A DNA stretch of 42,423 bases. Source: a virus. Taxonomy: Duplodnaviria; Caudoviricetes. Below the pieces are notes generated by a model. It ran no database searches and was not told the DNA's origin. It worked only from the letters and a program-made list of their open reading frames with translations. The stretch lies in the IMG/VR virus record IMGVR_UViG_3300020044_006480, positions 1 through 42,423 of that record. One strand, written 5' to 3'. Shown here one piece after another: positions 6,596-15,776 of the stretch (position 1 is the first letter of the stretch; the number at the start of each line of letters is the position of its first letter). The translations under genes and the position numbers were made by a program.

Positions 6596-7901
6596 GATTG
6601 AGATCAAGGCCCGATCGCATTTCCGGCCTCTTCTCGACACTGACAAACGCTGGTGCATAGCCGTCGCTCACCGCCGGGCGGGCAAGACGGTAGCCTGCGT
6701 TCAGAAGCTCGTGGCTGCGGCGCTCCAATGCGACAAGCCGAACGGGCGCTATGCTTACGTCGCCCCGCTGTACAACCAGGCCAAGGATGTCGCCTGGCAC
6801 TACGTGAAGGCCTACGCCCGCCAGCTGGGGGCAGGCATCAACGAGAGCGAGCTGCGTGTGGACCTGCCCCAGACGGGTGCACGCATCCGGCTCTATGGCG
6901 CAGACAACCCCGACCGGCTTCGAGGCCTCTACCTCGACGGCGTGGTCATGGACGAATACGCCGACATGCGTCCGAGCGTGTGGGGCGAGATCATCCGCCC
7001 GATGTTGTCCGACCGGCAGGGCTGGGCAACCTTCATCGGCACACCGAAAGGGCGCAACGAGTTCTGGGGCATGTGGCAGGCAGCGCAGGATGACGAGCGC
7101 TGGCAGCCGCTGATGCTTCGGGCATCCGAGACGGGGCTGGTAGCGGCATCCGAGCTTGAAGACGCCGCGGCGAACATGACGCCCGAGCAATATGCTCAGG
7201 AGTTCGAGTGCTCGTTCGAGGCGGCCATCATCGGCGCCTACTACGGCAAGGAGATAGCGGACGCCGAGCGCACGGGCCGCGTGACCGTGGTCGATGTCGA
7301 CGCCAAGCTGCCGGTGCATACGGCATGGGACCTCGGCATGGGGGACTCGACGGCCATCTGGTTCTTTCAGGTGGCAGGCAACGAGATTCGTATCGTTGAC
7401 CACTACGAGAACCACGGCCAGCCCATCCCGCACTACGTGTCGGTGATCGAGGCCAAGAACTACGCCAAGGGCACGGATTGGGTGCCGCACGACGCCAAGG
7501 TGCGCAGCTTGGAGACGGGCCGCACGCGCGTCGAAACGATGGTGGCGCTGGGGCGCAGGCCGCAGGTGGTGCCAGACCACAAGGTGATGGACGGTATCAA
7601 CGCCACGCGGCTGACGCTGCCCCGGTGCTGGTTCGACAAGGGCCGCACGCTCCTCGGCCTAGAGGCGCTGCGGCAGTACCGCTCAGAGTTCGACGAGAAG
7701 ACCAAGGCTTACCGGGACACCCCCAAGCACGACTGGACGAGCCACACGGCCGACGCCTTCCGCTACCTCGCCATGGCGTGGCGGGAGATGGCGCCCTCTG
7801 TCGCCGACAAGCCAGTCCACCAGCCCCGCAACACGTCCGAAATGACCTTCGCCGACCTCGACCGGATGGTTGGGCGCGAGAAGCAGAGCGTGAGGATCTG
7901 A
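6588..7901 (+). CDS. terL: Terminase large subunit
   Basis: Walker A HRRAGKT, Walker B VVMDE, coupling motif IGTP, RNase H-like WDLG and HTADAFRY. Confidence 0.96.
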   Translation: MTEIEIKARSHFRPLLDTDKRWCIAVAHRRAGKTVACVQKLVAAALQCDKPNGRYAYVAPLYNQAKDVAWHYVKAYARQLGAGINESELRVDLPQTGARIRLYGADNPDRLRGLYLDGVVMDEYADMRPSVWGEIIRPMLSDRQGWATFIGTPKGRNEFWGMWQAAQDDERWQPLMLRASETGLVAASELEDAAANMTPEQYAQEFECSFEAAIIGAYYGKEIADAERTGRVTVVDVDAKLPVHTAWDLGMGDSTAIWFFQVAGNEIRIVDHYENHGQPIPHYVSVIEAKNYAKGTDWVPHDAKVRSLETGRTRVETMVALGRRPQVVPDHKVMDGINATRLTLPRCWFDKGRTLLGLEALRQYRSEFDEKTKAYRDTPKHDWTSHTADAFRYLAMAWREMAPSVADKPVHQPRNTSEMTFADLDRMVGREKQSVRI

Positions 7902-8095
7902 TGGCCGAAAACGACCTAAAGACCGTCATTGCTGAGGGCTTCAAGGGGCTGCAATTCCTGCGACAGGCCATCGCCCAGATGGAGGAGTCCAAAATAGCCA
8001 CCTTCGATAGTGTCGGCTCGGACATTCTCGAAGCTGCATTAATCATGGTCGAGAGCGATATCCTCGCCCAGATCCCGATTGATGGCGACGCCTAA
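7901..8095 (+). CDS. Small hypothetical protein between terL and portal
   Basis: TGATG and TAATG coupling; helical 64-aa protein; visibly more AT-rich codons than neighbours. Confidence 0.65.
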   Translation: MAENDLKTVIAEGFKGLQFLRQAIAQMEESKIATFDSVGSDILEAALIMVESDILAQIPIDGDA

Positions 8096-10200
8096 TGGCT
8101 GAGCCCCGCACCGGCACGGCCACGCCCTGGCACGACGAGTTCGAACGCTACCGCAAGGCGATGGACCCGTGGGGCAAGGCTTGCTCGGCGGTCAACAAGC
8201 TGTACCTGCGCGAGAACACGGCCTCGAAGTTCTCCATCCTCTGGGCCAACGTGCAGACGCTGCAGCCGGCGGTCTACGCCCGCGTGCCGTCTGCCGTGGT
8301 GTCTCGTCGCTTCAAGGATGCGGACCCTGTCGCGCGTACCGCTGTTGAGGCGATCGAGCGCGCCATCAATTACACCCTCGATGCCTACGACTTCGACCAG
8401 ACGATGCGGCAGGGCAGGGACGACTACCTGCTCTACGGCCGTGCCACGGCATGGCTGCGCTACGAGCCGACCATGCGCACGATCGACGTGCCGCTTGAGG
8501 ACGTGCAGACTGGCGCCGACCCGTACCAGACGGATGCGCTGGATGATGACGGCGAGCCGCGCGAGGACGATGCGCAGGCCCCCGCCTCCTATGAGGAGAT
8601 CGACTTCGAGCGCGTGTGCGTCGACTACGTGCATCGCGACGACTTCGGCCACACGCCTGCCCGCACATGGGGCGAGGTCTGGGCCGTCTGGCGCAAGGCG
8701 TATCTGACCCGCGACGAGCTGGTGAAGCGTTTCCCGGAGAAGGATGCATCCGGCACGCCTCTGGGCAAGCGCATTCCGCTGGATCACACGCCCGCTGGCA
8801 TCTCGGCAGAGGCAGACAGCAACACTCGCGAGCGCACGTGCAAGGCCACCATCTACGAGGTGTGGTCCAAGCGCGATCGCAAGGTGTTCTTCGTCGCCCA
8901 CGACTTTCCCGACGTGCTGGAAGAGATCGAGCCGTTCCTGACGCTCGCCAACTTCTGGCCGTGTCCGAAGCCCGCATACGGAACGCTGACGAACGACAGC
9001 CTGGCTCCGGTGCCGGACTACAAGTTCTATCAGGACCAGGCGGAAGAGATCGACCGGCTCACGGCCAAGATCGACACGCTGGAGAAGGGTCTGCGTCTCG
9101 CTGGCTTCTACCCGTCCGGCCCGAGCGGCGACGGCACCGATGCCATCCGTGAGGCAGCCTCCCGCGCCAGCATGGAGAGCGAGTTCGAGGTCAAGCTGAT
9201 CCCGGTGTCGGGGTGGTCTGCGTTCGCCGAGAAGGGAGGCGCCAGCCAGATCCAGTGGCTGCCGCTCAACCACGTCATCGAAGCGCTGCGGGCCTGCGTC
9301 GAGCTGCGTGATCAGCTCATCACCGACATCTACCAGATCACCGGCATTTCGGACATCGTCCGCGGCGACACCAACCCGAACGAGACGGCAACCGCTCAGG
9401 GCCTCAAGAGCCAGTGGGGTTCAATCCGCATTCGCGACCGGCAGATGGAGCTTGCGCGTTTCGCCAAGGATATCGTCGTCATCGCAGGCGAGATCATCGC
9501 GGAGAAGTTCCAGGCCGAGACGCTGCAGCAGATGACGGGAATCCCGCTGGCGCCGGCAGAGATGCCGCCTGTGCCTCCGATGCAGCCCGGCATGCCTCCC
9601 GAGGCCCTACAGCAGCTTCAACAGCAGATGCAGGAGTTCGAGCAGGCCGAGCAGCAGAAGGCCGCCGTGATGCAGCTCCTGCGCGATGATGCCCAGCGTG
9701 GTTTCCGCGTGGAGATCGAGACCGACAGCACGATCGAGGCCGATCAGCAGGCCGAGAAACAGGCCGCAGTCGAGCTTGTCGGCATGATGGGGCAGTTCTT
9801 CCAGCAGTCCTTGCCGGTGATCCAGATGTTCCCGCCGGCTGCCGACCTTATCGGGCAGACGATGCTTCTGGCTCTGCGCCGATTCCGGGCCGGTCGTGAG
9901 CTTGAGGGGGCCGTGGAGACGCTTGCCGACCAGTTGAAGGGCATGAGCGCCCCGCAGCCGGCGCCCACCGGTCTTGACCCCGCCATTGCCCAGCAAGAGG
10001 CCGAGATGGCCGGGCAGAAGGCGCAGATCGAGATGCAGGCCACGCAGGCGAAAGCCGCAGCCACGGTGCAGGCGGCCGAGGCCAGCATGGCGAAGACGCA
10101 GATGGACGCGCAGGCCCACGCGATGCGCAACCAGAGCGACATCGAACGCATGCAGGTCGAGGCGGCCACACGCAACATGATGCCAGAGGTGGTGCAGTGA
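8095..10200 (+). CDS. Portal protein (P22-like, long Q-rich C-terminal barrel)
   Basis: 701 aa following terL; ITGISDIVRG...ETATAQ motif; coiled-coil tail. Confidence 0.88.
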   Translation: MAEPRTGTATPWHDEFERYRKAMDPWGKACSAVNKLYLRENTASKFSILWANVQTLQPAVYARVPSAVVSRRFKDADPVARTAVEAIERAINYTLDAYDFDQTMRQGRDDYLLYGRATAWLRYEPTMRTIDVPLEDVQTGADPYQTDALDDDGEPREDDAQAPASYEEIDFERVCVDYVHRDDFGHTPARTWGEVWAVWRKAYLTRDELVKRFPEKDASGTPLGKRIPLDHTPAGISAEADSNTRERTCKATIYEVWSKRDRKVFFVAHDFPDVLEEIEPFLTLANFWPCPKPAYGTLTNDSLAPVPDYKFYQDQAEEIDRLTAKIDTLEKGLRLAGFYPSGPSGDGTDAIREAASRASMESEFEVKLIPVSGWSAFAEKGGASQIQWLPLNHVIEALRACVELRDQLITDIYQITGISDIVRGDTNPNETATAQGLKSQWGSIRIRDRQMELARFAKDIVVIAGEIIAEKFQAETLQQMTGIPLAPAEMPPVPPMQPGMPPEALQQLQQQMQEFEQAEQQKAAVMQLLRDDAQRGFRVEIETDSTIEADQQAEKQAAVELVGMMGQFFQQSLPVIQMFPPAADLIGQTMLLALRRFRAGRELEGAVETLADQLKGMSAPQPAPTGLDPAIAQQEAEMAGQKAQIEMQATQAKAAATVQAAEASMAKTQMDAQAHAMRNQSDIERMQVEAATRNMMPEVVQ

Positions 10201-10418
10201 GCGCCCGTTCTTCCTTCCCCTGCCCAGCCATCCGCCCCAGCGGCATGAAGCCCATCCAGTCCATGGCTGACGGGCGCACCTACGACGACCGCAACGACTA
10301 CAGCGCGTCCCTTGCGGCGCAGAACATGCGGATCTTCGAGACCGGCGAGAAGCCGACCCCACCTGCGGCCACATCGGCCCGCGACATCATCGAACGAGAG
10401 ATGAAAAAGTATGTCTGA
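10197..10418 (+). CDS. Hypothetical head-region protein
   Basis: GTGA coupling with GAGGTGG RBS. Confidence 0.65.
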   Translation: MSARSSFPCPAIRPSGMKPIQSMADGRTYDDRNDYSASLAAQNMRIFETGEKPTPPAATSARDIIEREMKKYV

Positions 10419-11499
10419 CATCGACCAGGCCCATCAATCGGCCGAGGCGACGGAAGCTCCGTTCAACCTGCGTGACGCCCTTGAGGCGGAAGCTGCGCGC
10501 CAGACGGCGGATAGCGGCGAGACTGCCGAGAGTGACGGCGGCGTCCGCGACGATGGTCGCGACGAGAAGGGGCGGTTTGCGCCAAAGGAGAAGTCGGATG
10601 CTGGATCTCCCGAGGATGATCGAGGATCGACGACGCATTCAGAAGATAGCCGACGAAATCTTTCGAGCGAACCCACGGGAGATAGCGCTCCAAAGGTGGT
10701 TGATGGCGAACAAGGAGTGGTTGGAGCAACTCCACCGCCCGGCTGGTCCGTCGCCAGCAAGTCAGCCTGGAACGACCTCCCCGAAGCCGTAAGGGCCGAT
10801 ATCGCCAAGCGCGAGCGCGAGGTCTCGGACGGCTTCAAGCAATATAGCGGCATGGGCGACATCAAGCCGTATGCCGAGCATTTCGCCAGCCAGGGCGGAT
10901 CGCTCAAGCAGGCCCTCGACAGCTACATGGGCTTCGAGCGCGTCTTGGGGCAGAACTTCGCAGGGGGCATCGAGCTTCTCTGCCGTCAGTACAACGTGGA
11001 TCCTCGCTCGCTCGCCCAGCACATGATGGGGCAGGGCGGACAGCCGGTTCAGCAGGACCCGAACGCCGCTCGCATCGCACAGCTTGAGCAGATGTTCGCC
11101 AATCAGCAGCGCATGGCCGCCGAACAGGAGCAGGCCGGCGCACAGCAGACGATCGAGCAATTCGCCTCCGATCCGAAGCACCTCTTTTTCGAGAACGTCA
11201 AAGTCACCATGGGCCACCTCATTCAAACGGGGCAGGCCGCCGGTCTCGAAGACGCATACGACAAGGCAATCTGGATGCACCCGGAAATTCGGCCGCAGCT
11301 TCTCAAGCAGCAGCAGGCCGAGGCGGCAAGCGTATCGCAGAGCCAACAGCGACAGGCCGCGGCAACTCAGGCCCGCCAGTCGGCAAAATCCCTCACCGGC
11401 TCACCGACGCCCGGCGGTTCGTCCGTCGACCGATCGCAGCCTCGCTCTATCCGTGAGATCGCCCTCGAAGCCGCGCGTGCTCAGGGTGTCTCCGTCTAG
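10411..11499 (+). CDS. Capsid scaffolding protein
   Basis: Acidic disordered N-terminus, RDEKGRF, PPPGWS...W..LP, Q-rich helices; directly upstream of the capsid gene. Confidence 0.8.
   Translation: MSDIDQAHQSAEATEAPFNLRDALEAEAARQTADSGETAESDGGVRDDGRDEKGRFAPKEKSDAGSPEDDRGSTTHSEDSRRNLSSEPTGDSAPKVVDGEQGVVGATPPPGWSVASKSAWNDLPEAVRADIAKREREVSDGFKQYSGMGDIKPYAEHFASQGGSLKQALDSYMGFERVLGQNFAGGIELLCRQYNVDPRSLAQHMMGQGGQPVQQDPNAARIAQLEQMFANQQRMAAEQEQAGAQQTIEQFASDPKHLFFENVKVTMGHLIQTGQAAGLEDAYDKAIWMHPEIRPQLLKQQQAEAASVSQSQQRQAAATQARQSAKSLTGSPTPGGSSVDRSQPRSIREIALEAARAQGVSV
10598..10792 (+). CDS. Overprinted 64-aa gene nested in the +1 frame of the scaffold gene
   Basis: AAGGAG at 10585-10590, 7 nt before ATG; amphipathic MLDLPRMIEDRRRIQKIADEIFRANPREIALQRWLMANKEWLEQLH; scaffold-frame codon usage is atypical here. 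Confidence 0.55.
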   Translation: MLDLPRMIEDRRRIQKIADEIFRANPREIALQRWLMANKEWLEQLHRPAGPSPASQPGTTSPKP

Positions 11500-11510
11500 G
11501 ATACACCGCC

Positions 11511-12506
11511 ATGCCTCAGATCAACATTGGAGAGATGCTCTCCACGACGATGTCGGAGTACGGGAAGACCCTGCACGACAACGTCACCGGCAGCACTGCG
11601 CTGCTGGATCGCCTCCGTCGTAAGGGCCGCATCAAGCCCTGGTCCGGTGGCGTCGATATCCGCGAACCGCTCATGTACGCGTTCAACAACACGTTCATGT
11701 TCTACACCGGATACGAGTACCTGAACGTCACGCCGACCGAGACCATCCAGTCGGCCGTCTTCCCGCTCAAGCAGGCCGCGATCAGCGTCTCCATCTCGGG
11801 ACGTGAGCAGCGGCAGAACCGCGGGCCGGCAGAGATCATCGATCTCATCGAAGCGCGCATGGAGAATGCCCGCCTCTCGGCCACCCACTACTTCAACCAG
11901 TCCATCTACTCGGACGGCTCGTCGTTCAACGGCAAGGCGATCCAGGGCCTCTCGGCGCTCGTGTCGAAGAACCCTGACGTCGGCACTGTCGGCGGTATCG
12001 ACGCGGCCGAGAACGTGTGGTGGCGCAACCAGGCCATCGACGCCACGACCGATCCGCTCGGTCCGGTGACGAAGGAAAACATCAAGCAGTACTTCAACAA
12101 GACGTCGGTGATGACCACGCGCGGCAACGAGCGCGCCGACCTCATCATCCTCGATGAGAACTACTGGCTGATGTATCTGGAGAGCCTGCAGGACATCCAG
12201 CGCATCACCTCCACCGGCAACGAGGCGGCGGGCCACGGCTTCCCGTCCGTCAAGTACTACGGCGGCGGCGGCAACACCGATGTCGTCCTCGACGGCGGAC
12301 GCGGTGGCGCTTCGATCCCCGAGAACACGGCGTATTTCCTCAACACGGATTACATCACCCTGCGTGAAGATCCGGGCCGGAAGTGGAACGTGGTCGGCGG
12401 CGACCGGATGAACACGAATCAGGATGCCATCACCAAGCTCATGCTTTGGATGGGCGCCCTGACCATTTCGAACCGCTCGGCTCAGGCCGTGCTCTTCGAA
12501 TCCTAA
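11511..12506 (+). CDS. Major capsid protein
   Basis: 331 aa after the scaffold; DNV...ALL.RL, IYSDG, GLSALV...GTVGGID features of HK97-fold capsids; strong codon bias. Confidence 0.9.
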   Translation: MPQINIGEMLSTTMSEYGKTLHDNVTGSTALLDRLRRKGRIKPWSGGVDIREPLMYAFNNTFMFYTGYEYLNVTPTETIQSAVFPLKQAAISVSISGREQRQNRGPAEIIDLIEARMENARLSATHYFNQSIYSDGSSFNGKAIQGLSALVSKNPDVGTVGGIDAAENVWWRNQAIDATTDPLGPVTKENIKQYFNKTSVMTTRGNERADLIILDENYWLMYLESLQDIQRITSTGNEAAGHGFPSVKYYGGGGNTDVVLDGGRGGASIPENTAYFLNTDYITLREDPGRKWNVVGGDRMNTNQDAITKLMLWMGALTISNRSAQAVLFES

Positions 12507-12518
12507 GGAGCGACGACA

Positions 12519-12815
12519 ATGGCTGTATTCACTGCTGCCGGCGGCTCGCTGGGCTTCGATCCCTCGCGCGCCTTCGACCTCTCTGACGGCGTCTTCGACT
12601 TCCGCGGCGGCTCGCCCGTCATCGGCGTCGATGGCTATCCGTACATTTTCACCGTGGCGTCGGCCGACGTGGCTGCCGGCACGGCTGGGGCGCCTCCGGG
12701 CGGCGTTCTCGCAGGGCAGGGATATTGGCGTCGGGGAACCTCCCTCGGCACCGGGGCCGTGGCCGACTACGAGACGGCTTATCCGACCCTCGGGCAGCCC
12801 TACGACGAGGCCTAA
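12519..12815 (+). CDS. Possible capsid decoration/accessory protein
   Basis: TAAGGAG RBS; Gly/Ala-rich; between the capsid gene and a terminator. Confidence 0.55.
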   Translation: MAVFTAAGGSLGFDPSRAFDLSDGVFDFRGGSPVIGVDGYPYIFTVASADVAAGTAGAPPGGVLAGQGYWRRGTSLGTGAVADYETAYPTLGQPYDEA

Positions 12816-12843
12816 GCCTCCCCTTCAACAGGGCAATCACCAT

Positions 12844-12878
12844 GCGCCGTCCCAATCCCTGGGGCGGCGTTTTTCTTT
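12844..12878 (+). terminator. Intrinsic terminator after the capsid genes
   Basis: GCGCCGTCCCA/TGGGGCGGCGT stem followed by TTTTCTTT. Confidence 0.8.
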
Positions 12879-12887
12879 GGAGCGAAC

Positions 12888-13412
12888 ATGGACGGGTATT
12901 ACGTCATCAATGAAGAGCACGGCGACGACGAACGAAACGTCACGGCTCGTTTCGAGATGCATCCTCGCCTGCATCCGGCAATGTCTCAGCAGGCCGGCAA
13001 ACCTGTCTACGTGGACACTCCTATCGTTTATATCCGCGTCCGTGACGACGAGACCAACGCGCGCATCGCGCATCTCGTCACCGACGAGCACAAGCGCCGC
13101 TTTCCGCGCCAGTGGGCTGAGTTCGAGACCGCCCATCGTGAGCCGGAAGTCGGCACCCCGCTTCGCATGTGGCCCCCGATCACGCCCGCGAAGCTCAAGG
13201 AATTCCAGGCCTCAGGCCTCCTGACCGTCGAGCAGCTTGCAGAGGCCAGCGACAGCGCAATCGGCCCCGAAGCCGACGTCTGGCGCGAGCGAGCCCGCAA
13301 CTGGCTGAACCCCAATGCCGAGATTGAGGCCCTGCGTGCGCGTGTGGCCGAACTCGAAGCCGAGCCCGCACGTCGCGGACCCGGTCGACCCCGCCGAGAG
13401 GAGGCAGCGTAA
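12888..13412 (+). CDS. Hypothetical virion-assembly-region protein
   Basis: GGAG RBS; GTPL..WP...TVEQLA..SD motif; RRGPGRP tail. Confidence 0.75.
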   Translation: MDGYYVINEEHGDDERNVTARFEMHPRLHPAMSQQAGKPVYVDTPIVYIRVRDDETNARIAHLVTDEHKRRFPRQWAEFETAHREPEVGTPLRMWPPITPAKLKEFQASGLLTVEQLAEASDSAIGPEADVWRERARNWLNPNAEIEALRARVAELEAEPARRGPGRPRREEAA

Positions 13413-13579
13413 TGGCGATCCTGACGATGATGCACGGCAAGATGGTCGTGGAGCCACAGTCCGAGGCCGAGGCCAAGGAGCTGGAGGCGATGGCCTACAA
13501 GTCGACCAAGGTGGACGTCGAGAAGAAGGAAGCGCGCAAGTCGACGCCGAAGGCCAAGGCCGAGAAGGCTGACGACTGA
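13412..13579 (+). CDS. Small Lys/Glu-rich hypothetical protein (55 aa)
   Basis: Hand translation MAILTMMHGKMVVEPQSEAEAKELEAMAYK...; GAGGAGG RBS; coupled at both ends. Confidence 0.7.
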   Translation: MAILTMMHGKMVVEPQSEAEAKELEAMAYKSTKVDVEKKEARKSTPKAKAEKADD

Positions 13580-14313
13580 TGAGCCTTCTGTCGATCGCGC
13601 AGGATGTGACGGCACTCGTCGGCATCCAGCCCCCGCCCTCCATCGCGATCAATACCGACACGATCTATGGGCAGGTGCGCGCGATCATCCAGCAGGCGGC
13701 GGACGAGCTGTATCGTCGACATGACTGGCAGGCCCTTGCTCGCCTGCGGCCATACACGACGGTTGCGGGGGAAGTGCAGCCTGGCCTTCTCCCGGCCGAC
13801 TACGGGCGCATGGCGGCAGGGCAGACGCTTCGGGACACGGCCACGCGTGACGAGATCAGCGGGCCGCTGTCGCCGACCGAATGGGCCGACGTGCATTGGC
13901 TACCGTCGACCGGCATGCGCTACTGGCGCTTCATCGGCCGCGACGTCTACCTCTACCCGGCACCGGCTGTCGGCCAGAAGCTGACGTTCGAGTACCTGAC
14001 GCGCAATCATGTGCAGCATGTGGACGGCTCGTTCAGCGACCGCTTCAAGGCGGACGACGACGTTTCCCTTCTGCCGGAAAGCTTGATCATTCTCTCTGCT
14101 ATCTGGCGGTGGAAGTCGGCCAAGGGCTTCGCCTACGCCGAGGACATGCAGAACTACGAGCGCGAGCTGGAGCGCATCAGCGGCGCCGAGGCTGCGTCCG
14201 GCACCATCGTTGTCGCTGATAGCCGCCGCTGGCCGTTCGATCCGTATGCCGCGTCTGGGACGCCGTCCGGGCCGTTCATCTCCTCCACTTCGATCAAGTC
14301 GAGCGCGATCTGA
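13579..14313 (+). CDS. Head-tail adaptor (podoviral tail tubular A-like)
   Basis: Position; MSLLSIAQ helical start, HDWQAL, LPADY, LYPAP, WRWK..KGF.YAED. Confidence 0.7.
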   Translation: MSLLSIAQDVTALVGIQPPPSIAINTDTIYGQVRAIIQQAADELYRRHDWQALARLRPYTTVAGEVQPGLLPADYGRMAAGQTLRDTATRDEISGPLSPTEWADVHWLPSTGMRYWRFIGRDVYLYPAPAVGQKLTFEYLTRNHVQHVDGSFSDRFKADDDVSLLPESLIILSAIWRWKSAKGFAYAEDMQNYERELERISGAEAASGTIVVADSRRWPFDPYAASGTPSGPFISSTSIKSSAI

Positions 14314-15776
14314 TGGCTGTCGAGAAAATCCCCAACGGCGACTTCGCGGGCGATGCCGGCGCAGCGTCGATCTACGACACCTTCGAGGTCGTCCAGCGCA
14401 ATTTCGACTATCTGGAACAGCGCGTCGACTTCACCGACCGGCAGATCGTGCAGCCGGGTCCGCAGGGCGAGCAAGGCGGCGAGGGTCTGCCCGGTCGTGC
14501 CGGCACCATCGTTATCAGCGAAGTCGTCACACTCGCCCCGACTGCCCCGGCTTTCATCGAGAACCTGGGCGACGAGGTCGACGCCGTTCTGCGCATTGGC
14601 ATCCCCCGTGGCCTGCAGGGCGTTCAAGGTGTGCAGGGCCTGCGCGGCCTGACGGGCGCCAAGGGCAACGATGGCGACACGCCCTCCATCCTCGTCGGCA
14701 ATGTCACCACGATCGGCCCAGGCCTGCCCGCAGTGGTCGAGAACGTCGGGACCGGCATCAATGCGGTTCTGGACTTCCAGATCCCCATGGGCGCGACCGG
14801 CGAGGGTGGTGGCGACGTCATTGGGCCGGAAAGCTCAGTCGTCGATGGTCATGTCGCACTGTTCGATGGCGTCACCGGGCGACGGCTCAAGAGCCTCGGC
14901 AGCGCGCTTGCACCCGTGGCGACAGCGGGCACGTTCGCATCCCTCACGGCCAAGCCGACGACCGTTGCCGGCTACAACATCAGCGACGTTTACACCAAGC
15001 TCGACATCGACGGTTTCCTGAACGGCTATGCGCTCGACTCCGAGCTGCAGTCGCACGTCAACGACACCGGCAACCCGCACAGCGTCACAAAGGGTCAGGT
15101 TGGCCTCGGGAACGTCGACAATACGTCGGACCTGAACAAGCCGATCTCGACGGCCACGCAGACGGCCTTGAACGGCAAGGCGGCACTGGTCCACCCCCAC
15201 GCCATCGCCGACGTCACCAATCTGCAGACGACGCTTGACGCCAAAGCGACCACGGCAGCGCTCACTGCTCACACGAGCGATACGGCCAACCCGCACAACA
15301 CGACCAAGGCGCAAGTCGGGCTCGGCAACGTCGATAACACATCTGACGCCAACAAACCCGTCTCCACGGCCACACAAGCGGCGCTGGACGCGCAGGCGAC
15401 GACGATTGCAGGTAAGGTCAACCGGACGGGCGATACGCTCACTGGCGCCCTTGCTACGACTCCCGTTGCCAAGGGCTCGCTGACCGGCGGCACGACGACC
15501 TTCAACTTCCTGCAGGGTAACATCCAGACGGCCGCCCTGACGTCGGGCGCCAACGTCATCGCGACGAGCAACATCCCGACCGATGGCGGCGACTTAGAGC
15601 TGCACCTGACTTACACCGCCGGCACGCTGTCGTTCTCGCAGACGATCAACTGGCTCATCGGTGGCGGCGCAAAGTCGACCGTCCTCGGCGATACGGGCGT
15701 CGTCCTCACTGCGGGCGTCCGCTACGACGTCGTGATCTGGAGCATGGGCGGCACGCTTTATGGGGTGATCGGCTGA
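14313..15776 (+). CDS. Fibre protein with collagen-like segments and two NPH..TK.QVGLGNVDNTSD..KP repeats
   Basis: GPQGEQG and GLQGVQGVQG triplets; duplicated fibre motif. Confidence 0.8.
   Translation: MAVEKIPNGDFAGDAGAASIYDTFEVVQRNFDYLEQRVDFTDRQIVQPGPQGEQGGEGLPGRAGTIVISEVVTLAPTAPAFIENLGDEVDAVLRIGIPRGLQGVQGVQGLRGLTGAKGNDGDTPSILVGNVTTIGPGLPAVVENVGTGINAVLDFQIPMGATGEGGGDVIGPESSVVDGHVALFDGVTGRRLKSLGSALAPVATAGTFASLTAKPTTVAGYNISDVYTKLDIDGFLNGYALDSELQSHVNDTGNPHSVTKGQVGLGNVDNTSDLNKPISTATQTALNGKAALVHPHAIADVTNLQTTLDAKATTAALTAHTSDTANPHNTTKAQVGLGNVDNTSDANKPVSTATQAALDAQATTIAGKVNRTGDTLTGALATTPVAKGSLTGGTTTFNFLQGNIQTAALTSGANVIATSNIPTDGGDLELHLTYTAGTLSFSQTINWLIGGGAKSTVLGDTGVVLTAGVRYDVVIWSMGGTLYGVIG
15054..15386 (+). 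repeat. Two ~39-codon fibre repeats, 216 nt apart (15054-15170 and 15270-15386)
   Basis: HVNDTGNPHSVTKGQVGLGNVDNTSDLNKPISTATQTAL versus HTSDTANPHNTTKAQVGLGNVDNTSDANKPVSTATQAAL. Confidence 0.9.

Noticed and set aside
8092-9273. Long antisense ORFs over portal, terL, capsid and other genes (also 6576-7580, 11496-12236, 18750-19457, 26625-27623)
   Set aside because: Typical stop-poor shadows of high-GC3 genes; no RBS or motifs
12480-12520. Programmed frameshift or read-through extending the capsid protein
   Set aside because: No slippery heptamer; TAA stop; the next gene has its own strong RBS
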